Shown here piece by piece: positions 28,486 through 37,904 of a stretch of 64,000 bases of DNA (its first letter is position 1; the number at the start of each line of letters is the position of its first letter). Both the position numbers and the translations under genes were made by a program. The stretch is from Acidimicrobiia bacterium (lineage in GTDB: Bacteria > Actinomycetota > Acidimicrobiia > IMCC26256 > JAGPDB01): positions 36,010 to 100,009 of the forward strand of contig JAXLRE010000006.1 of assembly GCA_046331265.1 (NCBI GenBank). The letters are read 5' to 3'. A model generated the notes under the pieces. That model did not search any database and was not told the DNA's origin. It worked only from the letters and a program-made list of their open reading frames with translations.

Positions 28486-29553
28486 GTGAAGAAAAATAAT
28501 AAAGTATTTATCCATTTAAGTTTTATCGTTATAGCATCATTTATATTGATCTCATGTTCAACAATAAAAGGTGAACTTGGTCTTGATGACAAAGCGGGTA
28601 TTACCTATAACAAACTAAAAATTAGTGAAAAAGAAATGGATCGTGATTTAAAATCACTTAAAGAAAATAAAGCATTAGAGGATTTCTTAAAAAAATCAGG
28701 CGAACCTCTTGTCAAAAAGGGCAAATTAAGTGACGTATATGTTGCTAGTTGGGCAAATATTAAAATGCGTGTTTTGTCTATACGAGAAGTTAGAGAAGAC
28801 AAAAAAGTCAAAATAAATAAATCAGATAAAGACCAAGCACTAACAAGCGCAAAAGAATTATTTGCTAGTGGACAGCAAAGCGAATCAGACAAAATATGGA
28901 AAGGCTTTGACAAAAAATTTCAAGATCAAGTAGTTGAAGATTTTGCAGAGCAATATGCTTTGTCTCGAGCTATTCCAAGCATTAAAGACAAAGAAATTAA
29001 AGACTATTACGAGAAGAATAAGTCTTCATTTTCTCAGACATGTGAATCAGGAAAATCTATTTCGCACATACTTGTAAAAACAGAAAAAGAAGCAAAAGCA
29101 ATAAAAGACAAATTAAATTCAGGAGAAAACTTTGCCAAGCTTGCAAAAGCTAATTCTATAGATCCTGGTTCTAAAGATGCTGGTGGAGATCTCGGATGCT
29201 ACTCTGCAGGAAACTACGTGGCTGAATTTGAGAATGTTGCAGCGACTCTAGAAATTGGAAAAATTTCCGACATTGTAAAAACTGATTATGGCTACCATAT
29301 TCTGCAATCTAATAAATACGAGACTCCAACATTGGACAAGTTGAAATCACAGATTGAAGAGCAAATAAAACAAGAAAAACAAACTGCCTTATTTGATAAA
29401 GTTCAAACCAATTTAAAGAAAGCAAAGATTAAAGTTGCATCTAAATATGGTGTACTTGAGAAAAAAGATGGTTACCCTACAATAATCACAAAAGCTGAGA
29501 AGAAAAAATCTTCTACTTCAACAACGACAAGTTCGACTTCTTCTAATACTTAA
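28486..29553 (+). CDS. Parvulin-type peptidyl-prolyl isomerase lipoprotein (PrsA/SurA-like)
   Basis: Lipobox LISC; rotamase domain ISHILV...DPGSKDAGGDLG...GYHIL; Ser/Thr-rich C-terminal tail. Confidence 0.8.
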   Translation: MKKNNKVFIHLSFIVIASFILISCSTIKGELGLDDKAGITYNKLKISEKEMDRDLKSLKENKALEDFLKKSGEPLVKKGKLSDVYVASWANIKMRVLSIREVREDKKVKINKSDKDQALTSAKELFASGQQSESDKIWKGFDKKFQDQVVEDFAEQYALSRAIPSIKDKEIKDYYEKNKSSFSQTCESGKSISHILVKTEKEAKAIKDKLNSGENFAKLAKANSIDPGSKDAGGDLGCYSAGNYVAEFENVAATLEIGKISDIVKTDYGYHILQSNKYETPTLDKLKSQIEEQIKQEKQTALFDKVQTNLKKAKIKVASKYGVLEKKDGYPTIITKAEKKKSSTSTTTSSTSSNT

Positions 29554-29556
29554 CAA

Positions 29557-29973
29557 ATGAGGGACGAAAACGGATTTGCTCAACTTGTAGATGTAGTTAA
29601 AGCACTTCGAGACCCTGAGTCTGGATGCCCTTGGGATTTGGAGCAAACGCATGAATCGTTGGCAAAGTATCTAGAGGAAGAAACAGAGGAAACTCTAGAA
29701 GTTTTAGAGAAATTTAAAGATACACCTAGCGATAAAGATTATGAGGAACTTCTTGATGAATTAGGTGATGTTCTCCTTCAAGTCATGTTGCATTCTCAGC
29801 TTGCTAGTGAAGAAGATCGATTTACTATCGATGATGTAATCAACAATTTAATTAGTAAACTTATTAGAAGACATCCCCATGTTTTCGGCGAAAGCGATGC
29901 GAAGACTATTGATGAAGTTGAAAAGCAATGGGAAGAAATTAAAAAACAAGAAAAATCTAAGGATACAAAATGA
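29557..29973 (+). CDS. mazG: MazG-family nucleoside triphosphate pyrophosphohydrolase (single-domain form)
   Basis: [21 protein letters not shown] and ELGDVLLQV motifs. Confidence 0.85.
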   Translation: MRDENGFAQLVDVVKALRDPESGCPWDLEQTHESLAKYLEEETEETLEVLEKFKDTPSDKDYEELLDELGDVLLQVMLHSQLASEEDRFTIDDVINNLISKLIRRHPHVFGESDAKTIDEVEKQWEEIKKQEKSKDTK

Positions 29974-31250
29974 CAAAGATCTCACAAATATGTGCGCGTG
30001 AAATTTTAGATTCAAGAGGCTTTCCTACTTTAGAAGCTGATGTAATTTTAGAAAATGGAATATTAGGCCGAGCAGCTGTTCCATCTGGTGCAAGCACAGG
30101 AATACATGAAGCTTGCGAACTTCGTGACGGTGATGAGACGCGATATGGCGGCAAAGGTGTTCTAAATGCTGTTAACAACGTAAACACAAAAATTTCTGAA
30201 GTACTTATTGGTCAAGATATAGATAAACAAAGAAATATTGATCAAATCATGATTGATCTTGATGGTACTCAAAATAAAACTTCTTTAGGTGCTAATGCGA
30301 TATTAGGGGTTAGTTTGGCAGTTGCTTATGCAAACGCTACCGATAAATCACAGCATCTTTATCAGTCGATATCGCAAGACTCGCGCAATCTATTACCCGT
30401 TCCACTAATGAACATTATCAATGGTGGGGCGCATGCAATAAACAATATCGATTTCCAAGAATTCATGATTGTGCCATTAGGCGCTTCATCATTTAGTCAA
30501 GCTATGCAATGGGGTAGCGAGGTTTATCAAGTACTCAAAAAGAATCTTTCATCAAAAAACTTATCTACAGGTTTAGGCGATGAAGGTGGTTTTGCCCCAG
30601 AAATCGATTCTCCACAAGATGTTTTAAATATTCTTACTCAAGCAATAACATCCGCAGGTTTAGAAGTTGGCAAAGATGTTGCGTTCGCATTAGATGTTGC
30701 TTCATCAGAATTTTTCCATGAAGGTAAATATGTACTGAAAGGTTTGGATCGTACATTTTCTTCATCAGATATGGTCGACTTTTTAGATTCATTAACAAAT
30801 GATTTTCCAATTATTTCAATTGAAGATGGTCTTGCCGAAGACGATTGGGATGGCTGGGAACTATTAACTTCAAAATTATCTGGCAAGGTGCAACTTGTTG
30901 GGGATGATCTTTTCGTAACAAACATGAATCGACTCAAATCTGGAATCGATAAAAAAGTTGCCAATTCAATTTTGATTAAATTAAATCAAATCGGAACTTT
31001 AACTGAAACTTTAGATGTTATGAAACTTGCTAAAGACAATGGCTACACTTCAATTGCTAGCCATAGAAGTGGCGAAACTCATGACACAACAATTGCTGAC
31101 TTAGCTGTTGCTACTAGCTGTGGACAGATTAAAACGGGTGCACCAGCTCGTACAGACAGGGTCAGTAAATACAATCAATTGTTAAGAATTGAGGCATTAT
31201 TAGGTGAGAATGCTAAATATGCCGGCGAACAAGCATTCACCAATCAATAG
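29970..31250 (+). CDS. eno: Enolase
   Basis: [34 protein letters not shown] and [22 protein letters not shown]. Confidence 0.97.
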   Translation: MTKISQICAREILDSRGFPTLEADVILENGILGRAAVPSGASTGIHEACELRDGDETRYGGKGVLNAVNNVNTKISEVLIGQDIDKQRNIDQIMIDLDGTQNKTSLGANAILGVSLAVAYANATDKSQHLYQSISQDSRNLLPVPLMNIINGGAHAINNIDFQEFMIVPLGASSFSQAMQWGSEVYQVLKKNLSSKNLSTGLGDEGGFAPEIDSPQDVLNILTQAITSAGLEVGKDVAFALDVASSEFFHEGKYVLKGLDRTFSSSDMVDFLDSLTNDFPIISIEDGLAEDDWDGWELLTSKLSGKVQLVGDDLFVTNMNRLKSGIDKKVANSILIKLNQIGTLTETLDVMKLAKDNGYTSIASHRSGETHDTTIADLAVATSCGQIKTGAPARTDRVSKYNQLLRIEALLGENAKYAGEQAFTNQ

Positions 31251-31274
31251 TTTTCTATCGATTACAATATTGGC

Positions 31275-31592
31275 GTGGATATTACGTACGACGCTAAAAA
31301 ACGAACAATTATTGGTTGTGTTTTAGTTATAGTTACGGTTATCGCAACAATGTTTATATATGTTTATCCAATAAGAAGTTATTATTCTCAACGACAATTA
31401 GAAAAACTTGAAAAACATCGTTTGAGCGTTTTAAAAGAAGCTAATAGCAAAATGAGAACTGAAAGACGTAACTTAGTTACAGACGAAGAAATTATCAAAA
31501 TTGCTCGTGAACAATACCGCTTAGTTAAGCCTGGCGAAGAAGCATATATAGTTTCTGGACAAATAACTACAACCACTATTCCTGCTAAGTAA
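31275..31592 (+). CDS. Septum formation initiator (FtsB/DivIC family)
   Basis: Single N-terminal TM plus a coiled coil, then IAREQYRLVKPGE; conserved position after eno. Confidence 0.7.
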   Translation: MDITYDAKKRTIIGCVLVIVTVIATMFIYVYPIRSYYSQRQLEKLEKHRLSVLKEANSKMRTERRNLVTDEEIIKIAREQYRLVKPGEEAYIVSGQITTTTIPAK

Positions 31593-31643
31593 TATTTATT
31601 ACATACTGTAACAATTTGTGCTACTTGACCGTTTTGTCCTATC

Positions 31644-33110
31644 ATGGATAGCTTCATGGACAGAAATAAACGCCAGCAGCAAATTGAAGATGCTTTAAAT
31701 GCGCAGGGAAGAACATTATTTTGGTTTGGCCCTCGCGGTAGTGATGCTATGGGTTTGCGATTATTTCACGATCACTTTGCGGGTTCGTTTGCTTTATATG
31801 ATCGTTTTTTCCCAAGTGATACAACAGATACTAAAGATAATTTTGTAGCTCTTGAAGATTTAACATTAAAGCGAAGGCTTTCTCGAGCTTTTGACGAAGA
31901 TCCAGATTCGTTCCCAGGTGAATACCAATTTCGTAAATTATTATCGACAGCTTTAAAATCAGAAATCGTAAAAGGAAATATACCAACTGTTATTGCTTAT
32001 GAACCTCATGCTGTTCTTGAAACAATAATTAATCAAGATCCAATTGCTGAATTTTTTGGAAATGATATTCATGATTTTCGAAGAGTTTCTTCAAAACCAT
32101 ATGTTGAACGAGCTTTGTTAGCTTTAGGGGTTCCAGTAATACCTTGGAAAGCAATTGATGGTTACGATCAAGTTCAAGAATTAGCTAATGCATATTCAAG
32201 CTTAATTATTAGACGCGATGGCGGTTCGAGCGGTAAAGGAATTATTTCTTTTCGTGACGGTGATGATGAAGCACAAGTAGGTAGAGAAATTAGAGAAATG
32301 CTTGCATCACATGCTGCTGTTGTTTCGGCATCAGAACTTTTTGAAAATGCAGTTTCGCTAAATGCATCTGGTGTTGTTTTTCCTCAAGGCGGACGAAATA
32401 AACCAATTCAAGTTGCAACTTTTCCTGTTAATGCACAGTTAGTCGGTCAACCTCAACTGACTTCATTAGAATTTGGTTATTCCGGAAACGATTTCCACTT
32501 TCCTTTTGGTTTAGATAACGAAATCTTATTGCAATGTGACGAGATCTTAAAAACAACTGGGCAATGGCTAGGAAGCAAAGGTTATATTGGAGCTTTCGGT
32601 GTTGATTTACTTCTTACAAAAGATGGAAGGCTATTTTTTACAGAATTAAATGCTAGATTTCAAGGTTCTACGAGATTGCTTTCACGTATAACAGGACGAG
32701 CAGGACAATCGGACGTATTAATGGAACATTTAGCTGCAACACTAGGGCTGCCATTTGGTGGAACATTGACTGCTCCGCAATGGACAGATGAAATTAATCC
32801 ATTTTCTCAAATGTATCTACATAATGTAAATAATGTACCTGTTTCGTTGTCTCAAAGTGCAGCTCCAAAAGGTTCAGATCCAAATGCTGTGGCTAATCCA
32901 ATAGCATCACATGTTGAATATGAAATGGTCCCTGATAATCACGATTTAACTATTGAATCTGGGGCATTAGTGGAAAGAGTTGTTGTTCGAGGAAGTGTTT
33001 TGTCATCTGACGGCAGAACTCTTAGCGATAAAGCAAAAGCACTTCTGCAGCCTTCATTAGAAAGATACGAACCTTCTTTGACACGTGACGACATCGTTTT
33101 AGCCAGGTAA
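31644..33110 (+). CDS. ATP-grasp fold protein (possibly related to PGM1-type peptide ligases); substrate unknown
   Basis: IIRRDGGSSGKGI (Gly-rich loop) and GAFGVDLLLTKDGRLFFTELNARFQGS (ATP-grasp C-terminal Mg/ATP motif). Confidence 0.5.
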   Translation: MDSFMDRNKRQQQIEDALNAQGRTLFWFGPRGSDAMGLRLFHDHFAGSFALYDRFFPSDTTDTKDNFVALEDLTLKRRLSRAFDEDPDSFPGEYQFRKLLSTALKSEIVKGNIPTVIAYEPHAVLETIINQDPIAEFFGNDIHDFRRVSSKPYVERALLALGVPVIPWKAIDGYDQVQELANAYSSLIIRRDGGSSGKGIISFRDGDDEAQVGREIREMLASHAAVVSASELFENAVSLNASGVVFPQGGRNKPIQVATFPVNAQLVGQPQLTSLEFGYSGNDFHFPFGLDNEILLQCDEILKTTGQWLGSKGYIGAFGVDLLLTKDGRLFFTELNARFQGSTRLLSRITGRAGQSDVLMEHLAATLGLPFGGTLTAPQWTDEINPFSQMYLHNVNNVPVSLSQSAAPKGSDPNAVANPIASHVEYEMVPDNHDLTIESGALVERVVVRGSVLSSDGRTLSDKAKALLQPSLERYEPSLTRDDIVLAR

Positions 33111-33129
33111 TTTCAACTAACATAATTTT

Positions 33130-33627
33130 GTGAATTCAGCTGAGGCATTTATAAAACCTAATTATTGGGAAGTACCTCAACTGTCTGATGTAGAAAATGT
33201 TGAAAATTTATTAGGCAAAAAACCCTCAGGTGATTTCTTTGTTGCAAAAAGAAATGCCGATGGCTCTCCCGTGGTAATTGAAAATGCACCATTTTTAAAA
33301 GACGGCACTCCTATGCCCACTATGTATTGGCTTATCGATCCTGAATTGGTCGCACAAGTATCTCGAATTGAAAGCCATGGTGGAGTTAAACAAGCAGAAG
33401 AATTTGTTGGTATTGAAACAATTGAAAAAATTCATAAACAATATGAGTTAAAGCGTGAGAGCGAAATATCACAAAATTACGACGGTCCAAAACCAACAGG
33501 TGGAGTCGGTGGCACTAGACGTGGCGTTAAGTGTTTACATGCACATGTTGCCAATTACTTAGTAAATAAAAATGACGAAGTTGGACAGTGGACTATAGAT
33601 CAAATAGAGAAAATGAACAATGAATAA
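33130..33627 (+). CDS. DUF501-domain protein
   Basis: PTMYWLIDPEL and GVKCLHAHVANYL motifs; conserved position between ftsB and ppx in Actinobacteria. Confidence 0.75.
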   Translation: MNSAEAFIKPNYWEVPQLSDVENVENLLGKKPSGDFFVAKRNADGSPVVIENAPFLKDGTPMPTMYWLIDPELVAQVSRIESHGGVKQAEEFVGIETIEKIHKQYELKRESEISQNYDGPKPTGGVGGTRRGVKCLHAHVANYLVNKNDEVGQWTIDQIEKMNNE

Positions 33628-34558
33628 TCAACGTATAGCGGTGATCGACATTGGGACCAATACGACACGGCTTCTAGTGAAAGACCCTGTAACTAATGAA
33701 GACCTCAAAAGAGTTATAACTATAACCCGTTTGGGCGCAGAGCTCGAAGGTAGTGGTTTACTGGGTGAAGAAGGAATTTCTTTTACATTAAAAACAATTC
33801 AGGAATATATTAATGAATGTGAAGCATTAGGTCTCGAGAAAAAAGATAGAGGAATTTTCGCGACTGCAGCAAGCAGAAATTCGGGCAATGGAAAAGAATT
33901 TATTGATCTGGTCTCTTCTCAAACTGGGTGTGAAACCAAAATTATTTCAGGTGAAGAAGAGGGTAGTTATGCTTTTGCTGGAGCAATATCGGGCATAAAG
34001 AACCTTGATGAGCAATGTATGGTTTTCGATATTGGTGGAGGTTCTACTGAGTTTTCAATTTCAGAAAAAGATGAATACGAAAAATGTGCCAAAGTAATAT
34101 CGATTCCTATTGGTAGCGTGAGAATTACAAAAAGACATTTAAAGTCTGATCCACCAAAACCAGAAGAACTTTCAAATGCAATCAGCGATATTCGTGACTA
34201 TTTAAAAGATGTTCAAACTCAAATTGGTGATATGACGAGTGTAAAAAAATGGATTGGTGTTGCCGCTACCATTACTACTGCTGCTTCTATTGAGTTGGGC
34301 ATAGCTAATTTTGATGCTAAAAAAATTCATGGATTTATTCTTACAAGAAGTATGGCCGAAGATATTTTTCGGACTTTAGCTACTGAGACTCTCTCTGATC
34401 GCGTTCATAATCCTGGTTTGGAAAAAGAACGAGCCGATGTAATTGTTGGTGGTATTGCGATTGTTGTTTCAATTATGAGACATTTCGATTTAGAAGAGAT
34501 ACAAGTTAGTTGTACAGATCTGCTTGATGGTCTTTATTTGAGTATGTTGTCTCGATAA
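33620..34558 (+). CDS. ppx: Exopolyphosphatase / guanosine pentaphosphate phosphohydrolase family protein
   Basis: ASKHA-fold motifs IAVIDIGTNTTRLLV and VFDIGGGSTEF. Confidence 0.85.
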   Translation: MNNQRIAVIDIGTNTTRLLVKDPVTNEDLKRVITITRLGAELEGSGLLGEEGISFTLKTIQEYINECEALGLEKKDRGIFATAASRNSGNGKEFIDLVSSQTGCETKIISGEEEGSYAFAGAISGIKNLDEQCMVFDIGGGSTEFSISEKDEYEKCAKVISIPIGSVRITKRHLKSDPPKPEELSNAISDIRDYLKDVQTQIGDMTSVKKWIGVAATITTAASIELGIANFDAKKIHGFILTRSMAEDIFRTLATETLSDRVHNPGLEKERADVIVGGIAIVVSIMRHFDLEEIQVSCTDLLDGLYLSMLSR

Positions 34559-35142
34559 TATTTCATTTCATCGATAGACCCTAAAATATCTCCCAGCGCT
34601 CTGTGCTCACCAAGTTTTTCTGGACGCTTTTCAAAAACATCGGGGTACCATCTACGACATAGTTCTTTAAATGAAGAAACATCAATACTTCTGTAATGTA
34701 AAAAGAATTCTAAGTTTGGCATGTATTTATTTATAAATCTTCTATCAACACCAATTGAGTTTCCACACAATGGAGCTGATCCACCTTTGATGCCAAGTTT
34801 TTTTAAATAATCAAGACATGTTTGTTCTGCTTGTGTGACAGATATATTGCTTTTTAGAATTTCTTTTGTAAGTCCTGATTTTTCGTGCATTTTCTTCACT
34901 ACATCACTCATGGAATCTAACTTATCGTGGGATTCTTGGATGACTATATCTATGCCTTCATCTATTACGTTTAAATCATTATCAGTTACAACAATTGCGA
35001 TTTCTACCAGTGTATCTGTCTCGATGTCTAAGCCTGTCATCTCACAATCAGCCCAAACAAGGTATTTACTTGGCTTTGGAGCTCTAGATTTAAATGATTT
35101 TTTATCGTTTGAGCTGGGATTATTGTCTTGTTCGAATGCCAT
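34534..35142 (-). CDS. orn: Oligoribonuclease
   Basis: LVWADCEMTGLD (DEDDh exo I) and HRALGDILGSIDE (exo III). The 3' end overlaps ppx by 25 nt in convergent orientation. Confidence 0.9.
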   Translation of the reverse strand: MAFEQDNNPSSNDKKSFKSRAPKPSKYLVWADCEMTGLDIETDTLVEIAIVVTDNDLNVIDEGIDIVIQESHDKLDSMSDVVKKMHEKSGLTKEILKSNISVTQAEQTCLDYLKKLGIKGGSAPLCGNSIGVDRRFINKYMPNLEFFLHYRSIDVSSFKELCRRWYPDVFEKRPEKLGEHRALGDILGSIDEMKYYRDNILK

Positions 35143-35207
35143 CGCACAACACTAGCGTAAAAGTTACCGAATTCACTAAAACCGAAAACAAGATAAATCG
35201 CCCATAA

Positions 35208-35216
35208 TGTTATAAT
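35208..35216 (+). promoter_or_regulatory. Extended -10 promoter-like element (TGTTATAAT) about 230 nt upstream of the GT20-like gene
   Basis: A TGnTATAAT match in the orn / GT20 divergent intergenic region. No convincing -35 was seen. Confidence 0.3.
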
Positions 35217-35446
35217 ATACACATGTAGAAAATGTGCAGAACCTGCACATCTAAACAAAGGATTTCATAGCGATAAAGGCTATGATTTCAACACCAAAAA
35301 AAGTGCTTTAAACAAAGCGTCTTAATAGGAGAAAACAGTGAACCAACACCTGCGGGGACAGGGTGTTGCGACGACGAGAGAAAACATTTCTCTTGGCTCC
35401 TCACTGGAGCGTCTAGCGACCCTTAATACAAACGACATGTTTTTTA

Positions 35447-37057
35447 ATGTCGAAATTCAATGCACAAATTCATTTAACTTTGGTGGTTGTAATGAATTAC
35501 GGTAATGGCGCAAGACCTGAAACTGATGTGCCTGAATTGGTTTCAAATTTAACAAATGAAATTCATATTTTTTCAAGACATGGTGCTTACACTGTTGAAG
35601 ATGGTAAACGAATTGATACGCCTGGATGGTATCCGGCAGCATATGGTTCTGCGGCGCGATTATTTCCAGATAGAAAAACACATTTGTGGTTCTGTGGCGA
35701 AGGATCAAATGCTCAATTAGCAGAATTCCGAAAAGATGATGAACCGCATCACATTTTCTTGCCAGGTTATAACGAAGCATCACGAAATTTTGCCAATGGT
35801 GCATTATGGGGATGTTTGAGGGAAAGAATTCCTAATGTTCCTAACCATTATATGCAAAGGGGATTCAAAGAGTTTTTAGAATTTTCATTAGCAACAGCTG
35901 AAAAAGCTTCTGAATTACCAGATAATTCAACATTAATTTTTCAAGATTATCAGTTTATACTTTTACCAGGTTTAATAAATGGAACGATTGATGGTTCCAT
36001 GATCGCTAGAGCGTTAACTGGTGTTGCTAGTCAAGACGAAATAGATTCAATTGTTCAAAGATTAGAAGTAGTTCAAAGTCGTGCTGCAGACAAAAATTTT
36101 GCAATAACAACTTTCTTACATACATCTTTACCTCATGCTCAATATTGGGATGAACTTAATGATGGTATAGGCATGATGATGATCAGCTCGGTTATGTCAG
36201 AAAGTGTAGGAGTGCATTCACCTAATTGGCAATTACGACTAGCAGAAGCACACATACGTTATGAAGGCGATCCTGCAGCGCTTGAGAGGATATTTACTTC
36301 GCCTATAGGTATGGATGCTACAGGAATTAGTGAGTTTCTAGAATCAAATGGTGCATCTTATATACGAGAAAGTTTAGAGCGAGATAATTTAGGCGATGAC
36401 ATAATACTGATTTCTGGTCGTGCTGATCCAAAGAATGCAATATCAGATGTATTAGCTCAAATTAAAATCTCTTACGAAAGTAACCCAGAATTATGGAAAG
36501 GCAAGACATTAGTTCTACAAGTTCCACCTGATGGTAAAGAAGGCTGTGAAAGAGAACTAGCTGAAATTGAGACTCTTGTTGCTGAATTGCAAGAAATGAA
36601 CTTTCCTAAGGTTCAGTGGTATAAAGACAATAATAGAGATAGATCACTTGTGTTAGCAGAAAAAGCAAATGTGTTTATTGCTGGTGCACCTCTTGGTGGT
36701 TTTGAAGTCGTTACTTTAGAAGCTATTTTTGCTAATCCAAATTCAGTAGTTATTTGTTCAAATGGAATTGGTAGTGCATACGTATTAGATGGATTGTCGA
36801 AAAACTTTAATGTGCACGACGACCTTCAAACTGCATTCGAAGACATATTGCCTCAAATGCCACTAACTCGATCAGTTGAAGAAAGAGCATTTATAGATGA
36901 ATTACGAGCTAGTTTGACACCACAAGATTGGTTACACCATTTGGTCGGAGTTGCTGAGCAACATCAAACTCCGACTATCAATTCTAGAAACGAATTTTTG
37001 GCTAAATGTTTTGCAAATTCAGGTTTGGAAATAGGAACACTTTCTAGACAAATATAA
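35447..37057 (+). CDS. Divergent GT20-family (trehalose-6-phosphate synthase/OtsA-like) glycosyltransferase
   Basis: By-eye colinearity with OtsA: LVVVMNYG (LVVVSNR), NFANGALWGCL (GFSN..LWP), IFQDYQFILLPGL (VWVHDYHL.LLP), ITTFLHTSLP (IGFFLHIPFP), GRADPKNA (DR.D..KG), GAPLGGFEVVTLE (T.LRDGMNLV.KE). Confidence 0.55.
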   Translation: MSKFNAQIHLTLVVVMNYGNGARPETDVPELVSNLTNEIHIFSRHGAYTVEDGKRIDTPGWYPAAYGSAARLFPDRKTHLWFCGEGSNAQLAEFRKDDEPHHIFLPGYNEASRNFANGALWGCLRERIPNVPNHYMQRGFKEFLEFSLATAEKASELPDNSTLIFQDYQFILLPGLINGTIDGSMIARALTGVASQDEIDSIVQRLEVVQSRAADKNFAITTFLHTSLPHAQYWDELNDGIGMMMISSVMSESVGVHSPNWQLRLAEAHIRYEGDPAALERIFTSPIGMDATGISEFLESNGASYIRESLERDNLGDDIILISGRADPKNAISDVLAQIKISYESNPELWKGKTLVLQVPPDGKEGCERELAEIETLVAELQEMNFPKVQWYKDNNRDRSLVLAEKANVFIAGAPLGGFEVVTLEAIFANPNSVVICSNGIGSAYVLDGLSKNFNVHDDLQTAFEDILPQMPLTRSVEERAFIDELRASLTPQDWLHHLVGVAEQHQTPTINSRNEFLAKCFANSGLEIGTLSRQI

Positions 37058-37071
37058 AGACAAGGGTCAGG

Positions 37072-37881
37072 ATGACAAAATTAATTGTATGTGATTTTGA
37101 TGGCACATCATCATCTCATGTTGAAAAAGCGTCAGATGCACGTTTACATGAGCGCTTCGAGCCGTTCATCGATCAATTTACAGGTCAAGGAAATCTATTT
37201 GCATTTTTGACGGGTCGTGATGCTGGATTTTTATATAGTGTATTACCGAGAGATATAAGAGATAAGGTTGCAATTTTCGGAAATCACGGTCTTTCAAGCA
37301 TATCAGCTGAAGGTGATTTAATAATCAGTGATGATTTCATGCATTTTGCAGGTGCTACAGATGACTTATACCAGGTTATCGATAAATATAAACCCAATGG
37401 TTTGCCTGAAATTGTTGAACATAAAACCTTAGGACTAGTTGTACATTTAAGGTGGTTAAGCGAGGAGCAACGAGCTTCGCTACTAAAAATAATTGAAGAT
37501 TTAGCCAAATCTAATCATGAATCATTTAGCAAGTTCCAATTGCATGAGTGTGATGGTGTTATAGAATTTCGACCTGATGTTGAACACGATAAGGGTTCAT
37601 CTTTAAGAAGCATCTTTGAAAAACTAAGTGAACCTGTCGAAAGCTTAACTTATTGTGGCGATGATTTACCAGACATACCAGCTTTTATCGCTGCTGATGA
37701 AATACGAGCAGAAGAAGGTATTGGTGGCGAAAATCTTTTAGTTGTTAGAAAAGGTAGCTCAATAGATCTACTGACTGATGAAGAATTGGCAGCATTTACT
37801 TCAATACGTTTAAATGATATCGATGCTTTAGTAAATAGACTTGGTTCACGATTTTTAGAAACTGGAAAAAGTTTTTCTTAG
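37072..37881 (+). CDS. HAD-IIB sugar-phosphate phosphatase (trehalose-phosphatase/OtsB-like)
   Basis: LIVCDFDGT (motif I), EHKTLGLVVHLR, IEFRPDVEHDKGSSL, YCGDDLPD (motif IV). Confidence 0.7.
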   Translation: MTKLIVCDFDGTSSSHVEKASDARLHERFEPFIDQFTGQGNLFAFLTGRDAGFLYSVLPRDIRDKVAIFGNHGLSSISAEGDLIISDDFMHFAGATDDLYQVIDKYKPNGLPEIVEHKTLGLVVHLRWLSEEQRASLLKIIEDLAKSNHESFSKFQLHECDGVIEFRPDVEHDKGSSLRSIFEKLSEPVESLTYCGDDLPDIPAFIAADEIRAEEGIGGENLLVVRKGSSIDLLTDEELAAFTSIRLNDIDALVNRLGSRFLETGKSFS

Positions 37882-37904
37882 ACCCTGCTACTAGTATTTA
37901 AGAT

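Noticed and set aside
35282-35311. 9-codon uORF (MISTPKKVL) in the GT20 leader, considered as a leader peptide
   Set aside because: The spacing to the nearest purine-rich stretch is too short, and it contains no run of regulatory codons. I cannot distinguish it from chance in AT-rich sequence.
35344-35368. Hairpin CAACACCTG...CAGGGTGTTG, considered as a fifth REP-like copy
   Set aside because: The arm order is inverted relative to the family (CAACAC 5', GTGTTG 3'), and the TCGA/CTATC inner segment is absent. I treated it as part of the GT20 leader structure instead.
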